DNA of 24,765 nucleotides from Bacteroidota bacterium (GTDB taxonomy: Bacteria > Bacteroidota > Bacteroidia > J057), in assembly GCA_039033615.1 (NCBI GenBank), contig JBCCCJ010000001.1:1-24765 (forward strand), in the 5' to 3' direction. This document shows, piece after piece, positions 23,490-24,765 of this stretch (position 1 is its first letter; every line of letters starts with the position of its first letter). The position numbers were made by a program, and so were the translations under genes. The notes under the pieces were generated by a model. The model saw only the letters and a program-made list of their open reading frames with translations. It was not told the DNA's origin and made no database searches.

Positions 23490-24764
23490 TCAATTGAGTT
23501 CTGATTTTTTCCCAGCCAACGGAGCCACCAACCAGCTTTGGGGCACTTCAAACTCCGGTAAGGCTTCGAAGACCACTTCGGTCTGCCCGGCTTCCCAATA
23601 TGCCCGCCATATTCCTTGATCGGGATGCCCCAACCACAAGATCAACGGCCCTTGTTGTTCCGGTAACAATACCTGTTCCGCTTCGACCGGAGCCTGCCAA
23701 AATGTACCTGCTCCTTCAAAGGTGAAGTAGAGATGGCCGACCATCAAGCTGGCATCCAAGCTTTCTCCATCCGGCTGAAGGAAGGTCAATGTCTGTCCAG
23801 ACAAATCCAATTCCGTGGGGAGTCCAATTCCTACCAAACCTAGTTGCTGAAATGGCACGATCTGCTCACAGACTTGTACTGAATCCTGACTAGCGGCTTC
23901 CCAAGCTGCGACGGCTTCCTCATAGGCCTTCAATTCGGCCACTTGCTCAGCCTGAAGGGCCTGATCTTGCTGAAGCGCCGCTTCTCGCGCCGCTACGGCT
24001 TCCCGGTATTCCCGATATCGCTTTTGGTAGAGTTGATCGGCTTCTGCTTGGGAGCGAGCTTCAAACATGGGTAAGGCCTCCACGATCTTGAATTCCAGGC
24101 CGGAATCCGTTTTGCGACCGAAGCGAAGTTCATACGAATTGCGATCAGTCTTGGGGCGAACCCGTACATCTTCCCACCCTTGACCTTGTCCAATCAAGCC
24201 TTCTTCCCAGGGATTGGCCGAGCCTGCCCCTTCCAGGTACTCCCAGTACATTTGTTCATAGCCCCGGAACTGTGGATAGTTCGCCAGGTTTTTCACCTTC
24301 ACTCCGAAGGGTTTACCAGGCTTCTGCGGGAGCATACCCATAGATTTGGGGACGAGTTCATCAGGGTTGTCCATGGCCAGCCACTCCGGCGCTGCTGGTC
24401 TCGGACCAATGAGGGATTCATCTGGCGCCAACCAATTCACTTCGGCTTCCGGCAAGGGCAGGAGCTGCCAGTTTCCATCGGCTTCAGAGAGGGTTGCCCA
24501 TTGAGCACTTTCTCCCATTTGACAATTCAGGTAGCGGACCTCCATTGGCTGAGACAAACTCACTGCCGAGCCATTCTGACTGGCCAAGACTTCCAGCATC
24601 AGAGGAGCGGTCCAGCTTTGTTGCTCCTGATTCATCATTCGTCCACTCAGAAACAGATCAGCGGGGTTGTCCAATAGTCGAACCTTCAATTCCAGCTCTC
24701 CGCTCACTGGCGTACCATCCGCTTGCTGAAATGCTTCTGCTGGGATGGCCAATACTACCTCTTC
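23490..24764 (-). CDS. Paralogue of the 487-aa lipoprotein (5'-partial, start outside the window)
   Basis: The frame is open to the window edge (EEVVLAIPAEAF...), so the TTG at 24752 is not the true start. AIPAEAFQQADGTPVSGELELKVRLLDNPADLFLSG aligns by eye with RIPAGVLVDANNQPVQGKVDLSYREFHDAADILMSG. Confidence 0.85.
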   Translation of the reverse strand, partial: EEVVLAIPAEAFQQADGTPVSGELELKVRLLDNPADLFLSGRMMNQEQQSWTAPLMLEVLASQNGSAVSLSQPMEVRYLNCQMGESAQWATLSEADGNWQLLPLPEAEVNWLAPDESLIGPRPAAPEWLAMDNPDELVPKSMGMLPQKPGKPFGVKVKNLANYPQFRGYEQMYWEYLEGAGSANPWEEGLIGQGQGWEDVRVRPKTDRNSYELRFGRKTDSGLEFKIVEALPMFEARSQAEADQLYQKRYREYREAVAAREAALQQDQALQAEQVAELKAYEEAVAAWEAASQDSVQVCEQIVPFQQLGLVGIGLPTELDLSGQTLTFLQPDGESLDASLMVGHLYFTFEGAGTFWQAPVEAEQVLLPEQQGPLILWLGHPDQGIWRAYWEAGQTEVVFEALPEFEVPQSWLVAPLAGKKSELN

Positions 24765-24765
24765 C

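Noticed and set aside
23336-23551. 71-aa minus-strand ORF overlapping the end of the last gene
   Set aside because: 62-nt out-of-frame overlap, no protein-like features, and it ends in a hairpin-rich spacer.

Overview
About 24.8 kb of a Bacteroidota chromosome (judged from gene families, SPII lipoboxes and a TAnnTTTG promoter element). Almost all genes lie on the minus strand. In coordinate order: a partial membrane protein coupled to an ECF sigma factor, a small secreted protein, a 279-bp MITE-like element with a 9-bp target-site duplication, a sodium:solute symporter (the only + strand gene), a secreted two-domain protein that appears frameshifted near its 3' end, an AAA_14/DUF4143-type ATPase with a striking operator-like palindrome that is echoed inside its own coding sequence, a GNAT plus an uncharacterised protein, an S41 peptidase lipoprotein with a partner beta-barrel, an M15 metallopeptidase, a 2-TM protein, a sulfatase lipoprotein, three collinear ~1040-aa secreted WG-repeat paralogues, and two paralogous uncharacterised envelope proteins (the second truncated by the window edge). 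I found no rRNA, tRNA, CRISPR array, transposase, integrase or phage genes. The best candidates for something new are the triplicated WG-repeat plus lipoprotein envelope cluster, the ATPase palindrome with its intragenic copy, and the MITE. All family assignments and alignments were made by eye from motifs; no database search was run.
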